Below are positions 19,672 to 27,743 of a stretch of 64,000 bases of DNA, piece after piece. Positions within the stretch are counted from its first letter, which is position 1, and every line of letters begins with the position of its first letter. The stretch spans positions 1 through 64,000 of the forward strand of contig JBDRPL010000009.1 of NCBI GenBank assembly GCA_043827025.1. Reading direction: 5' to 3'. This DNA comes from Candidatus Micrarchaeota archaeon. GTDB taxonomy: Archaea; Micrarchaeota; Micrarchaeia; Anstonellales; Bilamarchaeaceae. A program made the position numbers and the translations under genes. The notes beneath the pieces were generated by a model. The model was not told the origin of the DNA and did not search any database. It was given only the letters and a program-made list of their open reading frames with translations.

Positions 19672-20000
19672 TTGGATTACTGGAAATTTCTCCTATCCTA
19701 TAATTTCAGTTATCCCAAGCCCGTCATTGCCATGTTTCAAATAGGCGTCTCCAAGCTCACCAACAATTGAACTTAGGCGATTATGGCCAAATATATCAAG
19801 CGCAATTTCGAATACCTGCGTTCCAATTTCTCTTTGTTTGCCTATTGCATAAAAGGCCAAAGCCATTTGCATATCTTTTCCACGAACTCCAAGTCCTTTT
19901 CCTTCAAGCCGTTTGTATGTCCATCTGAAAAGTATACTAAGTTCTGCAGGAGTCATTCGTCGGCGTAGCGCAGTAAGTTCTTCTGAAGCATTTTGAATCT

Positions 20001-20690
20001 CAGCCCAAGGGGGGCACCCCCTTAGTCCGAGACCGCCCAAACCCCCCGCAGGGCTGAATTCCATCCGGTCTACGACCGGTGGTCACCTGAGAAATGCCAA
20101 ATTACTTATTCCTAAATAGAAAAAATCACACCAGTAGCCGGCGTGCCGCAGAGCGGCACACGGACCTTCACGAAAGGGGGCTACTGGATGTGAACATATG
20201 CAATATGTTAGCTATAGCTCTAGAAGAGGAAGACACCTGCTGCACATTTGCTTTAAGGTAAAGTATTGCCACAATATATTTGACGACAAGAACATTCAAA
20301 AACGTTGTGAGGGCATTTTCAGGCAAGTGGAATCTCAAGAGAATAAATTTACCATTGAAGAACGGGGGTTTGACAGAAATCATGTTCATTTTCTGGTTGA
20401 GCTGAGTCCAGATGCAAGTGAATCTTATTTTGCAAAGAAATTGAAAGGGACCTCTGCAAAATTTCTGCTTAGAGAATTTCCCTATCTGAAAAAGCAGTAT
20501 TTCTGGGGTAGTGGACTATGGAATCCAGGTTATTTTTGTGATTCTGTTGGAGACTCTACCTATGACAGGGCAAAAGACTATATAAAAAATCAAGGTCTTC
20601 CTAGAGGCCAAACAACAATAAGCGGATTCTTCAATTAGGCGCTCAGGGATAGAAAACCACCAGTCTCTGACTGGTGGTCCTGAGCGCTAG
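20001..20690. mobile_element. IS200/IS605-family insertion sequence (tnpA only, no tnpB)
   Basis: Y1 transposase; related subterminal hairpins CCATCCGGTC-TAC-GACCGGTGG (20061-20082) and ACCACCAGTC-TCT-GACTGGTGGT (20656-20678); no target duplication; TTAA at the 20691 junction. Confidence 0.8.
20198..20638 (+). CDS. tnpA: IS200/IS605 Y1 HUH transposase TnpA
   Basis: H.CFKVKY, DRNHVHFL (HUH), KKLKGTSA, LWNPGYF, YIKNQ catalytic Tyr. Confidence 0.95.
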   Translation: MQYVSYSSRRGRHLLHICFKVKYCHNIFDDKNIQKRCEGIFRQVESQENKFTIEERGFDRNHVHFLVELSPDASESYFAKKLKGTSAKFLLREFPYLKKQYFWGSGLWNPGYFCDSVGDSTYDRAKDYIKNQGLPRGQTTISGFFN

Positions 20691-20876
20691 TTAAGTATTT
20701 ATTTTTCGGTTCGGATTTCGGTTTGGGAAGTGATATTTTTTCAGTAGGTATCAGTGTCCTTCCAATTACCTTTGTTTTTTGCATACTATTAAGGTGTTAA
20801 AAACTATTTAAAAATGTACCTTATGATTCCAAGACTTCTAAACAAGCTTTTTTAATCTGCCTTTCGATGTATCAAC

Positions 20877-21932
20877 ATGAAAGATGCTCCAGCTAAATCG
20901 TCAAGGGAAAGGCAGTTTAATATGATAACTGCAGCGATCCTTGTTTTGTTCCTGCTTTTTGTAGTGGGCTCGGCCATATGGGGTTATCTTGACTTCCTTT
21001 TCCTTGCACTTTTCCTTTTCGTGCTTCTCAATCCTGTTTATAAATTCCTAAGAAGCAAGGGGCTTGGTAAGACCACTTCAGGTTTAGGCGCAATGTTAAT
21101 AGGTTTCCTTGTCGTAGGCATTCCAGTTCTCATAGTTTCTGATCTGCTGGTGAAACAGACCCTGGGCATCATGGCAGAGGCCAAGCTATTTGATCAGAAT
21201 ACTCTTTCCCAAGGAGTTTCAGCATTGAATAACAACCTTAATTCATTAGATGGTATGTTCCCAGAATTGAACCTAAAATCCATAATCATAGATGGAGTTG
21301 GCAAAGCAGTCTCTGGTTTTGTAAATTTCATGACTTCACTTGTCATAAATTCCATTAAAAACATAGGTACTTTTGCTTTAGGTGCGCTGGTCACTGTTTT
21401 CACATTATTCTATCTATTGGTTGAGCAGGATATTTTTGCAAAGAACCTGAAAGAGTTATTTCCATTCAACCAGAAAAACACTAACATTTTATTCAATGAA
21501 TTCAAGAAAATATTGTATTCCGCATTATTATGTACTGGTTTGGTTGCAGTGCTTCAGGCAGTTCCACTTACCCTGGTTTTCATGTATTACGGAGTCCAAG
21601 GCTCTGTTTTCTGGGGATTCGCTGCATTGGTATTGGCATGCGTGCCTTTTGTAGGCATACCCTTTGTTTGGATACCTATTGCCGCAGCGGAGGCCCTGAC
21701 TGGAAACCCTGGCGCAGCAATCGGAATTACAATAGCAGGTGTATTGCTTGCACTCTTGGAATACATAAGGCCTGCGCTTCAGAAAAAAGTAGGCAAGATC
21801 CATCCGCTGATAACAATAATTGGTTTGATAATCGGCCTTGCCAATTTCGGGATTCTCGGTCTTCTTATGGGTCCGATTTTGCTGAGCTTTTCGCTCCTGA
21901 CCATAAAGATGTTCAAAGAGGAATATGTTTAA
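20877..21932 (+). CDS. AI-2E (PerM/UPF0118) family membrane protein
   Basis: PFVG...VWIP, IHPL and FGILGLLMGP motifs. Confidence 0.88.
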   Translation: MKDAPAKSSRERQFNMITAAILVLFLLFVVGSAIWGYLDFLFLALFLFVLLNPVYKFLRSKGLGKTTSGLGAMLIGFLVVGIPVLIVSDLLVKQTLGIMAEAKLFDQNTLSQGVSALNNNLNSLDGMFPELNLKSIIIDGVGKAVSGFVNFMTSLVINSIKNIGTFALGALVTVFTLFYLLVEQDIFAKNLKELFPFNQKNTNILFNEFKKILYSALLCTGLVAVLQAVPLTLVFMYYGVQGSVFWGFAALVLACVPFVGIPFVWIPIAAAEALTGNPGAAIGITIAGVLLALLEYIRPALQKKVGKIHPLITIIGLIIGLANFGILGLLMGPILLSFSLLTIKMFKEEYV

Positions 21933-21945
21933 CCTTTAATTATGC

Positions 21946-22590
21946 TCATGCCAAAATCCCTGATCGGATGATGAAATAGATTCCAAACCCGAAGAATATC
22001 AGGCATACGAGGAGTTTTCCGTATTTTTTAACTGCTCTGTTTAGTCTGTCAAGGAATGGCTTTGATTTTTCAGGCATGAATGTAAATGCGACAAGCGGAA
22101 GAAGCGCTGGCATTATGAACAACATGTCTGCAAATGCAATAAGAACAAGTTTGTAAATGTTAGAAATGTCTGCAGCTGCAATTTCCTTGGCTGCTGTGAA
22201 ATTAAGAAAAACAGCATCTATATTCGTTCCATTGACCATTACTCCAAGCAGGAAAAGCTTTAGCATTGCCGATTTTGATTCGCCTTTGACATTAACGTTG
22301 CCTTCCTTTGAAAATAGGCTGTAAAAACCGAAGACCATCATCAGCGAACCTATCAAAAAGTCTGCCATTTGCGGATTCTGGAATTGGATCACTCCGTAGT
22401 TTCCTGAGCTGACAACAAAGCCTGCCAGCGCAAGAAGTATTGCAATGACTAATCCGCCAAGAATGAATGCAATTATATTCGCTTTTTTTTCGGGGTTGCG
22501 CGCGAGCAGATATATGCTTATTGCAAGTATGCCTGGCGAAGCCATTGATGCAATTCCCAGCAAAAGGACGCTTATGAATAATTCAAGCAT
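21946..22590 (-). CDS. GAP/Sap (LysE-superfamily) membrane transporter
   Basis: Six TM helices; ASPG near the N-terminus; typical C-terminal helix. Confidence 0.6.
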   Translation of the reverse strand: MLELFISVLLLGIASMASPGILAISIYLLARNPEKKANIIAFILGGLVIAILLALAGFVVSSGNYGVIQFQNPQMADFLIGSLMMVFGFYSLFSKEGNVNVKGESKSAMLKLFLLGVMVNGTNIDAVFLNFTAAKEIAAADISNIYKLVLIAFADMLFIMPALLPLVAFTFMPEKSKPFLDRLNRAVKKYGKLLVCLIFFGFGIYFIIRSGILA

Positions 22591-22592
22591 AG

Positions 22593-23072
22593 TTACTTCT
22601 TCGCCTTTCCTTTGCCTTTCAGTAAGGTCTTCTCATAGGATTGAATGAGTTTTTCGATTGTCTTTGATTCTTCTTTCAAAGCCCTTCCGACTCCTTCCAA
22701 CATCTCTGGATTAATTTTCTGTGGATCCATTCCGGCAAGCGGTGATTGTTTTCCTGCAGCTGCTGCGCCTGGATCTGTAACTTCTTGTTTCACAGCCATC
22801 GCTGCCCCGAGAATCTTCATGAATGAGCTCATTACCTGCTGTTTCAATGGCTCAGGCAATGCATTAAGCGCACCCTGGCCATTAGCCTCTTTGTCAGAAG
22901 CTTCAGCTATGAACTTTGCAAATTCCTTAGGCCTTTTCTTCTGTATTTTTGCTATGTCCAAGATCATTTCGCCTATGTCTTCGACAATAGCATTCAGGTC
23001 GTTCAGTATGACGATTGATATGGGTTCCGTATCTTCCAAATAATCTTCATTTGATCTTTTTGCCCTTGGCAT
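22593..23072 (-). CDS. Hypothetical helical protein
   Basis: GGTGG RBS, 159-aa ORF. Confidence 0.65.
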   Translation of the reverse strand: MPRAKRSNEDYLEDTEPISIVILNDLNAIVEDIGEMILDIAKIQKKRPKEFAKFIAEASDKEANGQGALNALPEPLKQQVMSSFMKILGAAMAVKQEVTDPGAAAAGKQSPLAGMDPQKINPEMLEGVGRALKEESKTIEKLIQSYEKTLLKGKGKAKK

Positions 23073-23141
23073 ATTACCACCGGAAGTATTGCTTCGCTAA
23101 GATTTATATTGTTTCTTCACCATATTCTTGCAGGTGTTTTC

Positions 23142-24743
23142 GTGTTTTCAGAAGAAGAAAAAAAGATACTAGAGCAATTCATGACCAACATGGACAAATC
23201 CATTTTTGTATTGAAGAATCTGCCTGAAGTAGTTAAGGGCGCCCTATTTGCAAGATATTCAAGAAGTTCAAAATCCCTTCGCGAAGTCCTTCTTCGTGAA
23301 TTCATCCAGATGCCTGAATCTGGATTTAAGGATATTGTTAATTATTCAAAGGGTTCAGGCCATGATGAAGTGGTTGCAATAAAGAAGGCAGAGGAGTTCT
23401 ATGATCGCGTTTTAGTTGGCTATGGTGATGATTCTGTTGCTGAATTGGCTGGAGTTCACATCGCAATAGAAGACGTCTCAAATATTGCAGTGAAATTCAT
23501 CCAGGATGCCAGGATTGGCATCTGTCCGCTTGAGAAATCAACAAGATATGTTTATTTTGATGAAAAAGATAAGAATGGAAAATGGCTCTATGTTGAGGAA
23601 CCCGGGATAATGCAATCTGAATTCGCAGACGACTATATAATGACTTGTAATCGCCTTTTCGAAACCTATTCCAAACTCAAACCTCAGGTTTCCAAATATG
23701 TGGAAGAAAAGTATCCGCAGGGAGAAGAATCTGAACGTGCATATAAGAGCACTATACGGGCAAAGACCTGCGACCTGTTGCGAGGATTGCTTCCTGCTTC
23801 AACAAAGACCAACATGGGCGCTTTTGGAAATGGAAGGGCATTTGAATATCTTCTGACAAGAATGTATGCCTCTGATTTGGAGGAAGTTAGAAGTGCAGCA
23901 TCTTCTATTTATGAAGAGCTTAGGAAAGTTATGCCTTCTTTTGTGAAACGTTCTGGCAGTGAGCAGGGCAAAGTCATTCAGGAATATTGGAAAGGCATAA
24001 GGCAGAAGATGGTTGATGAAGGCACAGGTTTCCAATTGCCCTCAACAGCAAACCTGCCTGTTAAATTGGTTGATTATGACAAAAATGCATTGAACAAGTT
24101 GGTTGCGTTTGCATTATTTGAATATACGCGATTGCCTGTTGAATCGATTTTGCACGAGGTTTCATCAATGCCTGACGATTACAAACTAAAAATATTTTCG
24201 ATGTATGTCGGTGACAGGAAGAATCGGAGGACAAAGCCAGGAAGGGCATTTGAAAATGTCTATTATACATTTGACATCTGCGCGAATTTCGGCTGCTTTA
24301 GGGACATACATCGTCACCGCATTCTGACTCAACAGCGCCAGTTTCTTACAACTGCGCATGGCTACACAACTCCGAAAGAATTGAGTGAGGGTGGTTTTGA
24401 GCCGGAGTTTAAGGATGCGATGAAACTGGCTGATGAAACTTACAAGAAAATCGTTGTGAAGATGCCAGAGGAAGCGCAGTATATTGTTCCATTTGCCTAC
24501 AATCTCAGATGGTACATGACGCTTAATCTGAGGGAAGCGTATCATTTCTGTGAATTGCGTTCAACACCTCAAGGGCATGTTGATTATCGAAGAGTAGCGC
24601 AACAGATGTATCAGGAAATAAAGAAAGTGCATCCATTTGTTGAAATGCAGGTTGACATGAAGGAATATGGATTAGAGCGCCTAGAGGCTGAGAAATGGAT
24701 AGACAAAAGATTGGAAGAAGTAAAGAAAAAATACAGCAACTAG
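23142..24743 (+). CDS. thyX: Tandem-domain flavin-dependent thymidylate synthase (ThyX)
   Basis: ARYSRS, YGDDSVAE, EKSTRY, RDIHRHR, ELRS...GHVDYR; probable GTG start 23142 after GGTG. Confidence 0.88.
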   Translation: MFSEEEKKILEQFMTNMDKSIFVLKNLPEVVKGALFARYSRSSKSLREVLLREFIQMPESGFKDIVNYSKGSGHDEVVAIKKAEEFYDRVLVGYGDDSVAELAGVHIAIEDVSNIAVKFIQDARIGICPLEKSTRYVYFDEKDKNGKWLYVEEPGIMQSEFADDYIMTCNRLFETYSKLKPQVSKYVEEKYPQGEESERAYKSTIRAKTCDLLRGLLPASTKTNMGAFGNGRAFEYLLTRMYASDLEEVRSAASSIYEELRKVMPSFVKRSGSEQGKVIQEYWKGIRQKMVDEGTGFQLPSTANLPVKLVDYDKNALNKLVAFALFEYTRLPVESILHEVSSMPDDYKLKIFSMYVGDRKNRRTKPGRAFENVYYTFDICANFGCFRDIHRHRILTQQRQFLTTAHGYTTPKELSEGGFEPEFKDAMKLADETYKKIVVKMPEEAQYIVPFAYNLRWYMTLNLREAYHFCELRSTPQGHVDYRRVAQQMYQEIKKVHPFVEMQVDMKEYGLERLEAEKWIDKRLEEVKKKYSN

Positions 24744-25384
24744 GAACCACTATTCTTGAAAGACTGCATTTCCTCAGCCAAATGTATTAATTCCTTTGCC
24801 CTGTTTCCAACTTCACCCTTTACCCTTGCTATTTCTCCAACTATTCCTGCCTCTCCATTAAGTGCAAGTACTTCAACAGCAGCCAATTGTAGCGGGACAG
24901 TCAATTTGTCGCGTTCCATTTCTCCAAGTGCTATGCATTTGAGGACTTGACCCTCTTTTCTTTGGTTATTTTCACGTATCAGTCTTTTTGTCATTAGGCC
25001 TACCATAACTCTGTGGTAAGCGTCTTTTGCATCACTATGAAGGGGTTCATTTCCAAAGGACGAATCTGCAATCTGTCTTAACAAATGGTGCGCTTCAAGC
25101 CTTTCGAGTTTACTTAATGCATTTGAATTTCCTCTTCCAGCTTCCACGAAAAGCCGTGACCTGTTTTGGCCATCGGTTTCTCTGGAGGGTTCTTTTGCCA
25201 TTGAAGCAATTTTCCTTAGGCGTGCAAGAGTAGTACTCCCCCCTATTACTCGGCATTCAGGTTCAGTAAGCGGAATAGTTGCAACAAGCCCTAATCTTGT
25301 GCTTTGCGGTCCTCCGCTTCCATCTCTGCAGGACAGGAATCTTCCACCTGCTCCATGTGTTCCTTTTTGTGCGAAACTGGCCAT
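24740..25384 (-). CDS. Orphan protein with HEAT-like helical repeats
   Basis: 214-aa ORF; amphipathic helical pattern; converges on thyX. Confidence 0.55.
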   Translation of the reverse strand: MASFAQKGTHGAGGRFLSCRDGSGGPQSTRLGLVATIPLTEPECRVIGGSTTLARLRKIASMAKEPSRETDGQNRSRLFVEAGRGNSNALSKLERLEAHHLLRQIADSSFGNEPLHSDAKDAYHRVMVGLMTKRLIRENNQRKEGQVLKCIALGEMERDKLTVPLQLAAVEVLALNGEAGIVGEIARVKGEVGNRAKELIHLAEEMQSFKNSGS

Positions 25385-25448
25385 TCCATATTTACAAATT
25401 TATTTCTATTTAAACATTTGTCACAGAATTATTCCAAAAAGAATATAC

Positions 25449-26663
25449 TCAGAACATTTCCCCAAGTAAATAAATGCTTCCGCAAACCAGTATCATATCT
25501 TTTTTCTTAGCTTTCTTCTTTGCCTCTTTCAATGCCTTTTTGCAGTCTTCGATTGCAATTGCCTCAGTGTAGTTCTTTGCCAACTTCAAGACATTTTTCA
25601 CCCTTTCACATCTTTCTGTTTTTATCTGCGTACAGATGAACAAGTCTGCCTGTGGAGCAAGAAGATGCACCATCTCCTGCCAATTCTTGTCTTTCATCAC
25701 TCCGAAAACAATGATGAGTTTGTCATAGTTGAATATATGTAAATTGCCAATCAGTTCTCCGATTCCATTCGGGTTGTGCGCGCCATCTATCACAAGAAGC
25801 GGGTTCTTTCCGATTATCTCGAGCCGTCCGGAGTTCTTGGTTGCGAGAAGCCCTTTTCTTATAGCCTCTTCACTTACTCCCAATTCTTCAGCAGCTATTA
25901 CTGCAAGCGATGCATTCTTTGTCTGGTGCCTGCCAAGTAATTTAATTTCAAGATTGTCATGGAATTCATGACCAACGAATTCAAATAGCCCATGCTTGTT
26001 GTTGTACTCCTTGGTTTTGATATAGAAATCTTCATTGAAAATCTTCAATGGAATTCCAAGCTTTGTCGCATTCTCCTTTATGACATCCAAACCTCTTCCT
26101 TTTGTACCAGTTATGCATAGGCCCTTCTTCATTATGCCTGTTTTTTCGTAAGCTATTTCGTCTATTGTTTTACCAAGCCTGTTTGTATGGTCTAATTCTA
26201 TATTAGTAATTATAGAAATGGCTTCCTGCGCTACATTCGTTGCATCCTGCCTTCCGCCTAATCCTATCTCCATGACTGCAAAGTCGCATTTTTCATCTGA
26301 AAAATATTTATACGCAACTGCAGTCAATGCTTCGAATAGGGTTATGTTGTTCTTGTTTTTCTTGGCATATGCGAGTACTTCGCTCTCGTATTTGCTAAAT
26401 GTTTTGTCACTAATTTCTTTTCCATTGATACGGATGCGTTCGTTGTACTTTTTAAGATGCGGTGAAAAATAGCTGCCAACCTTATAGCCCTCTTCCTTCA
26501 AGATGGAAGCAAGATAGGCTGTAACAGAGCCTTTGCCATTGGTTCCTGTGATAAGAATTACCTTGTAATCCTCTTGCGGGTTTCCCCAAAGCTTGAGAAG
26601 TTTCTCTATCCTGGACAAACCCAGTTTCATATCCTGCTTCAATGCTTTCTCGAGTTTTTTCAT
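25449..26663 (-). CDS. folC: Folylpolyglutamate/dihydrofolate synthase
   Basis: TGTNGKGS, SPHL, ERI, EIGLGGRQDATN and DGAHNP motifs. Confidence 0.95.
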   Translation of the reverse strand: MKKLEKALKQDMKLGLSRIEKLLKLWGNPQEDYKVILITGTNGKGSVTAYLASILKEEGYKVGSYFSPHLKKYNERIRINGKEISDKTFSKYESEVLAYAKKNKNNITLFEALTAVAYKYFSDEKCDFAVMEIGLGGRQDATNVAQEAISIITNIELDHTNRLGKTIDEIAYEKTGIMKKGLCITGTKGRGLDVIKENATKLGIPLKIFNEDFYIKTKEYNNKHGLFEFVGHEFHDNLEIKLLGRHQTKNASLAVIAAEELGVSEEAIRKGLLATKNSGRLEIIGKNPLLVIDGAHNPNGIGELIGNLHIFNYDKLIIVFGVMKDKNWQEMVHLLAPQADLFICTQIKTERCERVKNVLKLAKNYTEAIAIEDCKKALKEAKKKAKKKDMILVCGSIYLLGEMF

Positions 26664-26679
26664 TCAAACACATTTCAGT

Positions 26680-27537
26680 TTATCTTTTTTTATTTCTGTC
26701 TGCAGCTTTCATAGTATTCGCCAAAAGCATTGCAACTGTCAATGGCCCTACTCCTCCAGGAACTGGTGAGCAATTTGCTTTTTTAATGACTTCATCAAAG
26801 ACGACATCTCCAACTACTTTTTCTTTGCCATCAACCATTACTCTTGTGGTGCCGATATCAATCACAGTGGCTCCTTCCTTCACCATTTTTCCAGTTATGA
26901 GTTTTGGTGATCCGGCTGCTGCAAGAATTACGTCTGCATTGGTTGTGTGCTCCGCCAAGTTTCGAGTTTTGGAATGGCACAGGGTGACAGTCGCATTCTT
27001 ATGAAGCAGCATCATCGCCAGTGGTTTTCCAACAGTATTTCCCCGTCCAATCACAACTGCTTTTTTGCCTTCAAGCTCAATTTTATAGAATTCAAGCATT
27101 TTCATTACTCCAAGAGGAGTGGCTGGCCAGAACGTCTCACCATCAACTATGTTCTGCATTACTTTCCCCATATTTATCGAAGTGTATCCATCAACATCTT
27201 TTTTTGGGTCAATCGTCTCGATTACCATGTTCGTGTCAATGTGCTTTGGAATTGGAGTCTGTACAATGAATCCATCAATTTTTCTGTCATTGTTCAGTTT
27301 TTTGACCTCTTCAAGCAGCTTGTTTTCAGAAATAGATCCAGGGAACTTGTAAACCTCAGCTTTCACTCCAATCTCAGCAGCCTTCTCGCATTTCTTTCTA
27401 ACATAAACTTGCGATGGCTTGTCCTCACCTATCACAACTATCCCCAGGACGGGTGCCAAGCCTTTTTCCTTTATCTTTTTTTCCAATTCTTCAGTTATCT
27501 TCCCTGCAACTTCTTTTCCAGAAAGCGTTTTGTACAT
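26680..27537 (-). CDS. folD: Methylene-THF dehydrogenase/cyclohydrolase
   Basis: YVRKK, KDVDG, GRGNTVGKP and PVPGGVGPLT motifs. Confidence 0.96.
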   Translation of the reverse strand: MYKTLSGKEVAGKITEELEKKIKEKGLAPVLGIVVIGEDKPSQVYVRKKCEKAAEIGVKAEVYKFPGSISENKLLEEVKKLNNDRKIDGFIVQTPIPKHIDTNMVIETIDPKKDVDGYTSINMGKVMQNIVDGETFWPATPLGVMKMLEFYKIELEGKKAVVIGRGNTVGKPLAMMLLHKNATVTLCHSKTRNLAEHTTNADVILAAAGSPKLITGKMVKEGATVIDIGTTRVMVDGKEKVVGDVVFDEVIKKANCSPVPGGVGPLTVAMLLANTMKAADRNKKR

Positions 27538-27593
27538 GTGGAAAACAATATCGTGAAACAAATAAAAACCATCAGGATTCCTTTTTTTGGTAG

Positions 27594-27697
27594 TTACCGA
27601 ACGAGCGTTGCTAATAAACCCCTAGGTTTTGCCTACTTTCTGAGCAACCTTCAGACTTTATGAGCAAACGGGACTATTTTAGGAACGTTTACCGAAC
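27594..27697. promoter_or_regulatory. Direct-repeat pairs in the folD/surface-protein divergent intergenic region
   Basis: TTACCGAAC at 27594 and 27689; ACTTT(C/A)TGAGCAA at 27635 and 27655; TTTATAAA TATA box nearby. Confidence 0.4.
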
Positions 27698-27743
27698 AGT
27701 AAGCTTTATAAATCTGTTTTTTGAAAAGGTATCAGGCGTTTTT

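Larger units (their letters stand above)
19693..20784 (-). pseudogene. Orphan gene split by the IS200 insertion (5' part 20691-20784, 3' part 19693-20000)
   Basis: Joining the two parts gives an uninterrupted 133-aa ORF MQKTKVIGRTLIP...KNKYLKIQNASEELTALRRR... Confidence 0.65.

Noticed and set aside
19693..20064. ORF-track 123-aa protein starting MEFSPAGG
   Set aside because: Its first ~21 codons are IS-end sequence; the real N-terminus appears to lie at 20784 beyond the IS
26947..27663. Long antisense ORFs (for example 238 aa here, 197 aa at 45293-45886, 218 aa at 59119-59775)
   Set aside because: They lie opposite well-supported genes, lack motifs and have shadow-ORF composition
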